NCBI GenBank assembly: GCA_051657745.1
Contig: JBOFLG010000044.1
Location: forward strand, 5,560 to 69,559
DNA: 64,000 nucleotides
Source of the DNA: Dermatophilaceae bacterium
GTDB taxonomy: Bacteria > Actinomycetota > Actinomycetes > Actinomycetales > Dermatophilaceae
Direction: 5' to 3'
Position 1 is the stretch's first letter. Every line of letters starts with the position of its first letter. Positions 9,160 through 18,396 of the stretch are shown one piece after another. The translations under genes were made by a program, and so were the position numbers. The notes beneath the pieces are model-generated. The model made no database searches. It was not told the origin of the DNA and worked only from the letters and a program-made list of their open reading frames with translations.

Positions 9160-9543
9160 TTAGAGCGCCTGCTCCATGGCGCGCCGCCGCACCTCGGTGG
9201 TGAAGCCAGCACGAAGAGCGTCCAGCGGGCTGCCTGGCACCGGCAGCGTGTCGTCGTCGGTGAACAGCCATCGAATGATGTCGGCGTCGTCCATGCCGCC
9301 GTCGGCGAGCACGGTGAACGTCCCCCGCAGTGGTGGCAGCGGCCCCTCGTCGCCGACGAACGCCTCCGGGACGCTCAGGATCTGGCGCTCCCCCACTCGC
9401 ACAGCCAGTACCTCCCGGTCCTCGACGAGTCGACGAGCGCCGCCGAGCGACATCCCCACCCGGTCGGCGAGGTCGGGAATCGTCAGCCACCGGCCAACCA
9501 GGCCTTCGATGCCGCTCCCCTGCGGCTCCATCGCGTCATCCAC
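9160..9543 (-). CDS. Rv2175c-family DNA-binding protein
   Basis: 127 aa reading WLTIPDLADRVGMSLGGARRLVEDREVLAVRVGERQILSVP (wHTH). Divergent from a Ser/Thr kinase gene, as in the mycobacterial Rv2175c/pknL pair. Confidence 0.7.
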   Translation of the reverse strand: MDDAMEPQGSGIEGLVGRWLTIPDLADRVGMSLGGARRLVEDREVLAVRVGERQILSVPEAFVGDEGPLPPLRGTFTVLADGGMDDADIIRWLFTDDDTLPVPGSPLDALRAGFTTEVRRRAMEQAL

Positions 9544-9578
9544 GGGCGCCAGCGTGCCATATCGACGCGGCGACGACC

Positions 9579-9797
9579 TCCGCGCGGCGGCACGGCGTGG
9601 ATCCGCGCCTGGTGCTGGCGATCTCGTACCAGGAGCCTGGATGGAACCACCGAGCCGTGTCGCCGGCGAACGCGATCGGGGTGATGCAGGTGATCGCTGC
9701 CTCCTCCCAGGGGCTCGAGGGAGTCCGGAGGAGCGGGATGCACCCCGACACTCGGCGGTACGTCGCCACCGTGCTGCACCTGCGCCGCACGTGGTGA
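9579..9797 (+). pseudogene. Relic of a lytic transglycosylase (SLT-domain) gene
   Basis: Frame reads ARRHGVDPRLVLAISYQEPGWNHRAVSPANAIGVMQVI. This resembles the SLT catalytic block (..QESGWN...AVSxAxAxGxMQV), but the ES pair is EP. There is no in-frame start after the neighbouring gene, and the ORF stops about 35 aa later. Confidence 0.4.
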
Positions 9798-9807
9798 TGC
9801 GGGAAGG

Positions 9808-11799
9808 ATGACGACCACCATGGCGCAGAGCACCTACACTTTTTCAGTGTCATCCACCGGCGACGCCCTGCTTGGGCGCACCCTCGACGGTCGCTATCGC
9901 GTGATTCGTCGACTCGCCGACGGGGGTATGGCGTCGGTCTACCTGGCCGTCGATGAGCGCCTCGGGCGGGACGTAGCGCTGAAGGTAATGCGCCCTCATC
10001 TTGCCCGCGAGGACACGTTCGTCATGCGGTTCCAGCGGGAGGCACGCGCGGCGGCATCCCTGTCGCATCCCAACGTGGTAGCGGTCTACGACCAAGGCGA
10101 GGACGACGGACACACCTTTCTCGCCATGGAGTACGTGTCCGGCAGAACGCTGCGCGAAGTGCTCACCACCGAGGGCCCGCTCTCGCCCCGGGCAGCGCTC
10201 GACATCGCGGAGCCACTCCTGCTCGCCCTTGCCGAGGCTCATCGCTCCGGCCTGATCCACCGCGACGTCAAGCCCGAGAACGTCATCCTCAGCGACAGCG
10301 GCGCCGTGAAGGTCGCCGATTTCGGCCTCGCCCGAGCCGTGAGCAGCCAGACCATCACCAGCTCACGCGGCCTCCTGCTGGGCACCGCGTCCTACCTCGC
10401 CCCCGAACAGGTCGAGCACAGCGTCGCCGATGCCCGTTCCGATGTCTATGCCGCTGGCCTGGTGCTCTTCGAGATGCTCACCGGCACCAAGGCCTTCACC
10501 GGTGACAACCCCATCCACGTGGCGTACCAACACGTGCACGGCGGCGTCCCGACACCATCAAGCCGGATGCCGAACCTGCCCACCGAACTCGACGACCTGG
10601 TCGCCGAGGCCACCTCGCGCGAGCCCGACAAGCGTCCCGCCGACGCCGGCGTGTTCCTCGAGTTGGTGCGTCGGGTTCGCACGGTCCTGTCGAGTGACGC
10701 CCTGGACACCTGGCGTGACGGTGCGCAGGGCGGGCCGTCGATGGCCGCGCCTACTGCGACGGCCGTGCTCCCGGCCCGGTCATCGGTCGGTGAGATGGCC
10801 GGGCCTCGCCGGATCGCGACCTACCCGGCCGAGGCCGGCGCGGCCGGACAGGTGCACCACACCACCGCACTGGATCTGCCGTCGGCACCGCTCGACGGCG
10901 TAGTGCTCGGACATCCGCCGGCACGACGCCGGCGGCGGTGGGTGGCGGTGCTCGCAGCCGCCGCGCTGGCCGCGGCCACGGCATGGTTCTTCATCGTCGG
11001 CCCCGGCGCTGCGGCCACCGTGCCAGCGGTCGTAGGCCTGACTCAGGCGGCTGCGATCAACGACCTCCAAGCCGCCGACCTCGACGCCACCGTCGTCGAG
11101 GACTTCTCGGAAGATACGGCGGCGGGCCAGGTGCTGCGCGTGCAGCCGGGCCCCGGCACCACAGTCCGGCGTGGCTCTGACATCGAACTGGTGGTGTCGA
11201 AAGGGCCGGAACGCTACGCCGTTCCCCAACTTCTCGGCAGCAGTCTGGCCGATGCCCGCGCTCGGCTCGGCTCGGCCAATCTCGCCGTCGGCACGGTCAC
11301 CGAGAGGTTCGACGACACGGTCGCCAAAGGGCAGGTCATCTCCTCGGATCCGGAGGTCGGTGCCAGCCTCAAACGTGACACCGCAGTCGGACTCGTCATC
11401 AGCAGCGGTCGGCAACCGCTCGACGTCCCCGACTTCACCGGGAGGCCCGCGCCACAGGCCCGCACGGAACTCGAGGGGCTCGGGCTGAACGTTCAGGCTG
11501 GCCCGGATCAGAACAGCGACACGGTGCCAGCGGGGTCGGTCATCAGCCAGAGCCCGCCGAACGGCACGCTGTTCAAGGGTGACACCGTGACGCTCGTGGT
11601 GTCGGCAGGCCCAGTCCTCGTGGGCGTGCCCAGTGTCATCGGTCAGCAGGTCGGCGAGGCGCGGCGAATTCTCGAGGAGGCCGGTTTTCAGGTCAATGTC
11701 GAGGAGGCGCTGGGTGGATACTTCGGCACCGTGCGCCTGCAGAACCCGGCCGGCGGCCAGGCGCCGCGCGGGAGCACCGTGACCGTGACCGTCGTCTGA
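9808..11799 (+). CDS. pknL: Ser/Thr protein kinase with TM helix and four extracellular PASTA repeats (PknL-type by synteny)
   Basis: HRDVKPENVIL, DFGLA, APE kinase motifs. TM helix WVAVLAAAALAAATAWFFIV. PASTA-like repeats start VPAVVGL, VPQLLGS, VPDFTGR, VPSVIGQ. Confidence 0.85.
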   Translation: MTTTMAQSTYTFSVSSTGDALLGRTLDGRYRVIRRLADGGMASVYLAVDERLGRDVALKVMRPHLAREDTFVMRFQREARAAASLSHPNVVAVYDQGEDDGHTFLAMEYVSGRTLREVLTTEGPLSPRAALDIAEPLLLALAEAHRSGLIHRDVKPENVILSDSGAVKVADFGLARAVSSQTITSSRGLLLGTASYLAPEQVEHSVADARSDVYAAGLVLFEMLTGTKAFTGDNPIHVAYQHVHGGVPTPSSRMPNLPTELDDLVAEATSREPDKRPADAGVFLELVRRVRTVLSSDALDTWRDGAQGGPSMAAPTATAVLPARSSVGEMAGPRRIATYPAEAGAAGQVHHTTALDLPSAPLDGVVLGHPPARRRRRWVAVLAAAALAAATAWFFIVGPGAAATVPAVVGLTQAAAINDLQAADLDATVVEDFSEDTAAGQVLRVQPGPGTTVRRGSDIELVVSKGPERYAVPQLLGSSLADARARLGSANLAVGTVTERFDDTVAKGQVISSDPEVGASLKRDTAVGLVISSGRQPLDVPDFTGRPAPQARTELEGLGLNVQAGPDQNSDTVPAGSVISQSPPNGTLFKGDTVTLVVSAGPVLVGVPSVIGQQVGEARRILEEAGFQVNVEEALGGYFGTVRLQNPAGGQAPRGSTVTVTVV

Positions 11800-11811
11800 C
11801 CGGGCCGCTAG

Positions 11812-12729
11812 GTGGGGGTGCTCGTGCCGGGGTCCCGGATCGGCCCGGCTCGGCTCGCCACTGCGGTCTTGGTCTGTGTCACCGCGGTCTGGGGGTCCAC
11901 CTTCTTTCTGATCCGCGACCTCGTGGTCACCGTGCCGCCGGTCGACTTCCTCGCGGTGCGGTTCGCCATCGCGGCCATGGTGATGCTCGTGGTGTTCCGA
12001 CGGCAGGTTCGCGCGATGGCGCGCCGCGACCTGTGCGTCGGGGGTGTCCTTGGGGCTCTCTACGGCGCGGCACAGGTACTGCAAACCGTCGGGCTGCAGC
12101 ACACGGATGCATCGGTCTCGGGGTTCGTCACCGGCAGCTATGTGGTGCTCACTCCGGTCCTCGGCGCGCTCTTGCTTCGGGACCGGGTCAGCCGGGTCAC
12201 CTGGGTCGCAGTTCTGATCGCCATGACCGGTATTGCGGTGCTGTCGCTGCGTGGGGTGGCGATCGGCACTGGCGAGGTACTCACCCTCGCCTCCGCAGTT
12301 CTCTACGCCGGGCACATCATCGCGCTTGGGCGGTGGTCCACGCCATCGGCTGCGGTCGGCTTGGCGACCGTGCAGGCCGCCGTGATTGCCATGGTGGCGT
12401 CGGTGGGCGCGATACCGGGCGGCGTCACGCTGCCGTCCGGCGCCGCGTCATGGTCCGCACTGCTGTACCTGGCGCTCGGGGCCGGAGCATTCGCGCTCTG
12501 GGCGCAGACCTGGGCGCAGGCCCATCTCACCGCGACTCGAGCCGCGATCGTGATGGCACTGGAGCCGGTGTTCGCGGCATTCTTCGCGGTGCTGCTCGGC
12601 GGCGAGTCGCTCACCGCACGAATGCTGCTCGGTGGCGCGCTTGTCTTGGCGGCGATGTACCTCGTCGAACTGCAGCTCACCGGGCGGCGTGCCCACCGTC
12701 CATCTCCCGGGCGGGTCAGTCCGTGGTGA
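11812..12729 (+). CDS. EamA/DMT-family transporter
   Basis: About ten TM helices in two EamA-like halves. Contains VWGSTFFLIRD. Confidence 0.75.
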   Translation: MGVLVPGSRIGPARLATAVLVCVTAVWGSTFFLIRDLVVTVPPVDFLAVRFAIAAMVMLVVFRRQVRAMARRDLCVGGVLGALYGAAQVLQTVGLQHTDASVSGFVTGSYVVLTPVLGALLLRDRVSRVTWVAVLIAMTGIAVLSLRGVAIGTGEVLTLASAVLYAGHIIALGRWSTPSAAVGLATVQAAVIAMVASVGAIPGGVTLPSGAASWSALLYLALGAGAFALWAQTWAQAHLTATRAAIVMALEPVFAAFFAVLLGGESLTARMLLGGALVLAAMYLVELQLTGRRAHRPSPGRVSPW

Positions 12730-14068
12730 GCATCTCGGCGACGAGGAACGCGAGCTCGAGGCTCTGTTGGTGGTTCAGCCGTGGGTCGCACACCGACTCG
12801 TACCGCTTGGCGAGATCGGCGTCGAGGATCCGCTCGGCACCACCAAGGCACTCGGTGACGTCGTTGCCGGTGAGCTCGACATGGATGCCGCCCGGATGCG
12901 TGCCGAGGCCGCGGTGGACTTCAAAGAACCCGCGCACCTCCTCGACGACATCATCAAAGTCGCGAGTCTTGTAGCCCGAGGCCGACTCGAAGGTGTTGCC
13001 GTGCATCGGGTCGCACACCCAACTGACCTGCGCACCCGAAGCAGTCACCTTCTCGACGATCGCGGGCAGCGCTTCACGGACCCGCCCCGCGCCCATCCGG
13101 GTGATGAAGGTCAGCCGGCCCGGTTCACGCCGTGGGTCCACCACCTCCACGATGCGCAACAAATCATCGACATCGGCGTTCGCGGATACCTTGACGCCCA
13201 CCGGGTTTCGCACCCGCGCCACGAAGTCCACATGCGCGCCATCAATGGCTCGGGTGCGCTCGCCCACCCACACGAAGTGGCCAGAGGTGTCGTAGAGCTC
13301 ACCAGTGCGCGAGTCGACCCTGGTAAGCGGTCGCTCGTAGTCGAGCAGCAGGGCCTCGTGTGCGGAGAAGAACTCGGTACTGCGCATCGTGTCGAAGTCG
13401 GCGCCGCAGGCCTGCATGAACCGCATTGCCTTGTCGATGTCCCGGGCAAGCCGTTCGTACCGTGCGTTGGCGGCATTGGCGACGAAACCCTTGTTCCAGT
13501 CGTGCACGTGACGCAGATCGGCGAAGCCGCCGGAGGTGAAAGCGCGCACGAGGTTCAGCGTCGCGCTGCTCGCATGGTAGGCCCGCACCAGCCGCTGCGG
13601 ATCGGGCTGCCGGGCCTCGGGAGTGAACTCGAAGTCGTTGACCATGTCCCCGCGGTACGCGGGCAGAGTGACGCCGTCTCGGGTCTCGTTCCCGCTACTA
13701 CGCGGTTTCGCGTACTGACCCGCGATCCGGCCCACCTTCACCACCGGGACCGATGCACCGTAGGTGAGCACGGCAGCCATCTGCAGGATGGTCTTGACCC
13801 GGTCCCGGATGTTGTCGGCGGTGGCCGACGAGAACGTCTCCGCGCAGTCTCCGCCCTGGAGCACGAACGCCTCGCCCTGGGAGACTGCCGCCATCCGCTG
13901 ACGGAGCACGTCACACTCCCCGGCAAACACCAGCGGCGGGTAACTGGCGAGGGTGGCGACCGCGTCGTCAAGGCGTTGCTGGTCGGGCCATTCCGGCTGC
14001 TGGGCAGCCGGCAGGCTCGCGCCGGCAGCGAGCTGGGCGGTCAGGTCGTCGGCGGTGGGCGCACTCAC
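12716..14068 (-). CDS. aroG: Class II 3-deoxy-7-phosphoheptulonate (DAHP) synthase
   Basis: 450 aa with FVLQGGDCAETF, GRIAGQYAKPRS and WVCDPMHGNT, as in plant-type/class II DAHP synthases. Confidence 0.9.
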   Translation of the reverse strand: MSAPTADDLTAQLAAGASLPAAQQPEWPDQQRLDDAVATLASYPPLVFAGECDVLRQRMAAVSQGEAFVLQGGDCAETFSSATADNIRDRVKTILQMAAVLTYGASVPVVKVGRIAGQYAKPRSSGNETRDGVTLPAYRGDMVNDFEFTPEARQPDPQRLVRAYHASSATLNLVRAFTSGGFADLRHVHDWNKGFVANAANARYERLARDIDKAMRFMQACGADFDTMRSTEFFSAHEALLLDYERPLTRVDSRTGELYDTSGHFVWVGERTRAIDGAHVDFVARVRNPVGVKVSANADVDDLLRIVEVVDPRREPGRLTFITRMGAGRVREALPAIVEKVTASGAQVSWVCDPMHGNTFESASGYKTRDFDDVVEEVRGFFEVHRGLGTHPGGIHVELTGNDVTECLGGAERILDADLAKRYESVCDPRLNHQQSLELAFLVAEMLTTD

Positions 14069-14145
14069 GGTGCCTAAGGATAGGCGCCGCCCGGTGGCTC
14101 AGGCTCGGCCGGCCGGATGCCGGTCACCTGCCGAAGCGTCGCGCG

Positions 14146-14859
14146 TCATCCGCGTGGGTCATGGTCTTCGAGACCTCGGGACAACGCGAAGCGCACCAGC
14201 TCGACCCGATTGTGCAGGTGCAGTTTGCCGAGAGTGTTCTGCACATGGTTTTGGACAGTGCGGTGCGAGACGAACAACTCGCTCGCAATCTCCTTGTACG
14301 ACATGCCAGTAGCGACAAAGCGCAACACCTCGGTCTCGCGAGCGGTGAGCTCGGGAATCGGGCGGGCGCGGGCGGCTTCACTGGCCGCGTCCTGCTCCGG
14401 CTCGGTGGCCAGACGGCGGAACTCGCCCAGCACCAGGCCGGCCAGCCCCGACGTGAAGACCGCCTCACCGCGGGCCGTGGCGAGCACCGCATCGACGATC
14501 TCGTCGGCAGACGCGGACTTGACGAGATAGCCGGTGGCGCCGGCCTTGATGGCCGCGAGCACATCGTGCTGCTCCCCACTCGCCGAGAGAATCAGCACCC
14601 GGGTCGCCAGGTCGCCCAGAGCACGACAGACCTCATCACCACGCAGGCCCGGCAGATTGAGGTCGAGCACCAGCACGTCGGGTTGAGTGGCCCGGGCTCG
14701 GCGCACTGCTGCCGGCCCGTCGGCAGCAGTGGCGACCACGGTGAGGCCTCGGTCGACCAAGTCCCGCTCCAGCGCCGTCAACCACACCGGATGATCGTCG
14801 GCGACCAGCACCGTGGGCGAGCCGGCCGAGTGGGCGGATGTCGTGGGTTCGGAGGTCAT
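14146..14859 (-). CDS. LuxR/NarL-family response regulator
   Basis: Receiver VLVADDHPVW...DVLVLDLNLPG plus C-terminal HTH LTARETEVLRFVATGMSYKEIASELFVSHRTVQNHV. ATGA overlap with the upstream kinase gene. Confidence 0.85.
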   Translation of the reverse strand: MTSEPTTSAHSAGSPTVLVADDHPVWLTALERDLVDRGLTVVATAADGPAAVRRARATQPDVLVLDLNLPGLRGDEVCRALGDLATRVLILSASGEQHDVLAAIKAGATGYLVKSASADEIVDAVLATARGEAVFTSGLAGLVLGEFRRLATEPEQDAASEAARARPIPELTARETEVLRFVATGMSYKEIASELFVSHRTVQNHVQNTLGKLHLHNRVELVRFALSRGLEDHDPRG

Positions 14860-16037
14860 CGGCGCTCCACGGAGCCGCGGGGGATGATAATTCGCACGGT
14901 GCATCCTGCACCCGGACGCGTAGTCCACGTCGCTGACCCGCCGAGGTCCTCGATTCGGCCACGGATGGAGGCGCTGACCCCCAGCCGTCCGTCGGCGGCG
15001 GCGTCAACCAGGCGGGCCGGCTCGGTGCCCATCCCGTCGTCACGGACCGTCAGTTCGACACTGCGAGCGTCGCCCTCGAGCAGCACCCACGACCGTGCGC
15101 GCGGGCCCGCATGCACCGCGACATTGTCGAGGGCGGCGCCCAGCGCGGCACCGATCTCGGCGGCGACGACGGGATCGACCAGGATCGGCCCGGCTGGCAC
15201 CGAGACATCGACCCCAGGCCGTTCGACCGTGCTGACGGCGATTCGGAGGTCGACCTCGGCGCCCTCGGCGCCGTGCAGGACCCCGAGTGCCCCGGCATCA
15301 GCTGCGCCGACACCGGAGACGAAACGCCGGAGGGCCCGCTCCTGGTCAGCGGCCAGTTCGGCCAGTTCGACAGCCGGCCCAGCAAGCTCGTTGCCACGGC
15401 GGTGGATGTAGGCCAGCGACTGCAGCACGCCGTCGTGGACGACCCGAGCGATGCGTTCCCGCTCGTGCAGGCGTTCCCGTTCACGCAGGACCTGTTCCTC
15501 CTGGGCCAACCCCGACCGCGCCAGGTCGACCGCGAGCCCGACCAGCCCGCCGAGCAGGACGAGGATGACAATGTTGTGAAGCGTCGCCTGGGTGGGCTCC
15601 CGGACCTGGATCAGGTCGGCGACGGCGATCACCGCCGCCGCGACCAACCCACCACGGGCTCCTGACCCGAGCGCGGCTGCCACCACCGGACCCGCGGCCC
15701 ACACCGTCGGGAGCGTGAACTGGCCCGCTGCAATCGAGGCCGGCGTCTCGGCGAGCGTCGTCGCAAGGATGCCGAGCACGGCGAGGGACACCTCGACCAC
15801 CACGACCCGCCGGGTTCGTCCTCGGTAGACGAGCAGACCGAGGGACCAGGCCAGCATCAGCGCGAGTATCACCACCGCCACCCACGGCCGGACCATTGCC
15901 TCGTGGCGCTGCCAGACCAGGAGCGCCGCGTACAGCGCCGCACAGGGGCGGAAGATGTCGAGGCCACGGTGGAACGCCACGACCACCACCGGCTCTCGCC
16001 GGCCGGTGCGTGCCGAACGCGGCTTCAGCGGACCCAT
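14856..16037 (-). CDS. Membrane sensor histidine kinase (HisKA_3 type; resembles the MacS-type kinases of Streptomyces)
   Basis: Multi-TM N-terminus, H-box ERERIARVVHDGVLQSL, ATPase motifs LDNVAVHA and DDGMG. Confidence 0.8.
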   Translation of the reverse strand: MGPLKPRSARTGRREPVVVVAFHRGLDIFRPCAALYAALLVWQRHEAMVRPWVAVVILALMLAWSLGLLVYRGRTRRVVVVEVSLAVLGILATTLAETPASIAAGQFTLPTVWAAGPVVAAALGSGARGGLVAAAVIAVADLIQVREPTQATLHNIVILVLLGGLVGLAVDLARSGLAQEEQVLRERERLHERERIARVVHDGVLQSLAYIHRRGNELAGPAVELAELAADQERALRRFVSGVGAADAGALGVLHGAEGAEVDLRIAVSTVERPGVDVSVPAGPILVDPVVAAEIGAALGAALDNVAVHAGPRARSWVLLEGDARSVELTVRDDGMGTEPARLVDAAADGRLGVSASIRGRIEDLGGSATWTTRPGAGCTVRIIIPRGSVERR

Positions 16038-16048
16038 GCCGGATGCCG

Positions 16049-16897
16049 TCAGCTCGCCCGCCGCTCCGCACCTGGGTCGGGCTGCGGCCGCTCCGCACCC
16101 GGGCCCTGAACAGGTCGGTCCGAACCCTCGTCGGGTGCGTCGAGTGCCTCCTCCAACTCAGCGGCGGCTCGACCGGGCCGCGCCGCATCGGCCGCCTCAC
16201 GAGCCTTGTTCTTTTTCTCCCGCGCGATGCGCTCCTTCATCACGGAGGCGTACATGTCGACGTACTCCTGGCCGCTCAGTTCCATCAGGGCGTACATGAT
16301 CTCATCGGTTACTGAGCGGAGGACGAACCGGTCGCTCTCCATACCTTCGTAGCGCGAGAAATCGAGGGGCTCTCCAAGACGCACACCGACTCGCACCAAC
16401 GTCGGCACCGTGGCCCCCGTGGGTTGGGCCTTATCGGTGTCGATCATCGCGACCGGGATCACCGGAACGCCCGCTTCGAGCGCCATCCGAGCTACCCCGG
16501 TCTTGCCCTTGTAGAGCCGGCCGTCGGGGCTGCGAGTGCCCTCCGGGTAGAGGCCGAGCAAGTCCCCGCGGCGCAGCACACGTAAGCCGGAACGCAGTGC
16601 AGCCTCACTGGCGTGACCCCCAGCGCGGTCGACCGGCAACTGGCCCACCCCGCGGAAGAACGCCGCGGTCAGGCGACCTTTGAGGCCAGCTCCGGTGAAG
16701 TAGTCAGATTTGGCCAGAAACGTCATCCGCCGCGGCACCACCAGAGGCAAGAAAATCGAGTCGGAAAACGAGAGGTGGTTGCTGGCGAAAATGGCGCCAC
16801 CATGCTCGGGTACATGCTCGGCGCCCTCGACCCACGGCCGAAACAGCATCCGGAGAAGCGGCCCGAGAACGACCGTCTTGAGCACCCAGTAAAACAC
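16049..16897 (-). CDS. plsC: 1-acyl-sn-glycerol-3-phosphate acyltransferase
   Basis: NHLSFSDS (HX4D-type block), FFRGVGQLPVDR, YPEGTRS, PVIPVAM. Start set at GTG 16897 (VFYWVLK); the track ORF extends upstream. Confidence 0.8.
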   Translation of the reverse strand: MFYWVLKTVVLGPLLRMLFRPWVEGAEHVPEHGGAIFASNHLSFSDSIFLPLVVPRRMTFLAKSDYFTGAGLKGRLTAAFFRGVGQLPVDRAGGHASEAALRSGLRVLRRGDLLGLYPEGTRSPDGRLYKGKTGVARMALEAGVPVIPVAMIDTDKAQPTGATVPTLVRVGVRLGEPLDFSRYEGMESDRFVLRSVTDEIMYALMELSGQEYVDMYASVMKERIAREKKNKAREAADAARPGRAAAELEEALDAPDEGSDRPVQGPGAERPQPDPGAERRAS

Positions 16898-17168
16898 CCG
16901 ACCACCCTTCGTCAGCCGACGTCCACAGCCTAGTGCACCGTGCCACCACGACCGGGGTGGACGGTGGCGCGCGAACCCCCGGTCGGGTAGCCATTCCGCC
17001 GATGACCGGCGTGATGATGGCCAGCGCGTGGCGGCGGCCGCGGCGGGCACAGTGGGCGGTTCGGCCAGGCTGCCAGGCCCTCGGCCCAGAGCCGCCGATG
17101 GCGTGCGAAGATCATCGGGTCGAGCCCGACGTGCCAGGAGACCAGCCGTGACCGAGCGACCAGGGGAG

Positions 17169-17687
17169 ATGGACGAGCGCGATATTGACGCGCGCTTCGC
17201 ATCCATCGTGGCCGGCTGGGAGTCGGCCACGCCGACCCGCGGCACGGCATCCGACGACGAGTCCACTTCGCGATCCACCGAGTTGCGCCCTCCACCACCC
17301 GCCGAGGACGGCGCTGGCACCGCCGTCCGCGGCGCGGAGCAGACCGATCACGAGTCAGCGTCGTTCGTCGCCGTGCCCAGTTCGTCCTGGCGCGCCTCGT
17401 CGCCGGCGGAGCCCGAGCAGACCCGGGACGACGCTGGGGCAGAGGAGCATTTCGAGCCGCCGGCGGTGGAGCTCCCGCCCCACGAAGACCTGCACTTCTG
17501 GGGTGCGGTGGTCGGGCTCGTCCTGGGGCCGACGCTGCTGGTGTACGTCGCGTTGGCGCGGCCGTTCCACAGTGCCCGGTGGTTCGCTGCGGCCGTCCTG
17601 CTCACTCTCATCGGGTTCGGCCTGCTCCTGGTGCGGCAGCCACGCGACCGCGACCCGACCGACCCCGACGACGGTGCCCGCGTCTGA
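17169..17687 (+). CDS. Hypothetical membrane protein (acidic N-terminal half, two C-terminal TM helices)
   Basis: AGGGGAG immediately before ATG 17169. High GC3. TM helices FWGAVVGLVLGPTLLVYVAL and WFAAAVLLTLIGFGLLLV. Confidence 0.45.
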   Translation: MDERDIDARFASIVAGWESATPTRGTASDDESTSRSTELRPPPPAEDGAGTAVRGAEQTDHESASFVAVPSSSWRASSPAEPEQTRDDAGAEEHFEPPAVELPPHEDLHFWGAVVGLVLGPTLLVYVALARPFHSARWFAAAVLLTLIGFGLLLVRQPRDRDPTDPDDGARV

Positions 17688-17707
17688 CCCCAGCCCCCGC
17701 CGATGCG

Positions 17708-18391
17708 TCATGCGGTGGGAACCTCCAGGTCCACCCAGGCTGGGCGGTGGTCGCTGGCGCGGGACCACACGGCCTCTGGCACCGCGACCTCCGAGGGTCG
17801 CCGCGGCACCAGCGAGGGCGAGGCGAACAGGACATCAAGGCGGCGACGCGGAGAGCGGGACGGGTAGGTCGGCCCGGACGGCCCCACGAGCCGCAGCCGG
17901 TCCGGCACGTCGATCAGCCGCCAGGCCGCACCAGTCTCATCTTCGTTGAGATCACCGGCCACGACGAGTGGGCCTGGTCCGTCGAGGGCACGAAGCACCC
18001 GCTCGGTATGCGCCACCCGCTCGGCCCGGCGCAGCGACAGGTGCACCGACACCACCGTGAGTGACTCGCCGGTCGGTGTGGACACCCGAACCACCGCGAA
18101 ACCGCGGGTGCGGTCCGGCCATCGCACCGGCAGACTCAGATGCCGGGCGTCAACCACCGTGACCCGGGGTGAGGTGAACACCGTGGTGCCGCCGCTCCCC
18201 CGGTGCGAACCGGTCCACTGCATCCCGCAGCGCTCCGCAAACCGGGCGGTGCGCCATCCGCCGCCCAGCCGACGCGGCACCTCCTGGAGACACAACACAT
18301 CGGGGTCTACGGCCCGGACCAGCCGGGCGGCCAGCCGCCAATCGTCCAGGAAGTCACGCAGGTTGTACGTCGCAACCCGGATGACGTGCAT
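17708..18391 (-). CDS. Endonuclease/exonuclease/phosphatase (EEP) family protein
   Basis: VATYNLRDF, VLCLQEV and C-terminal SDHRP are characteristic EEP blocks. Confidence 0.75.
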   Translation of the reverse strand: MHVIRVATYNLRDFLDDWRLAARLVRAVDPDVLCLQEVPRRLGGGWRTARFAERCGMQWTGSHRGSGGTTVFTSPRVTVVDARHLSLPVRWPDRTRGFAVVRVSTPTGESLTVVSVHLSLRRAERVAHTERVLRALDGPGPLVVAGDLNEDETGAAWRLIDVPDRLRLVGPSGPTYPSRSPRRRLDVLFASPSLVPRRPSEVAVPEAVWSRASDHRPAWVDLEVPTA

Positions 18392-18396
18392 GGGCC

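Noticed and set aside
10780-12315. 511-aa minus-strand ORF
   Set aside because: It is antisense to the PASTA kinase and the EamA transporter. The composition is Arg/Gly/Asp-rich and there is no motif support.
12632-14077. 481-aa plus-strand ORF
   Set aside because: It is antisense to the class II DAHP synthase, which is strongly supported on the minus strand.
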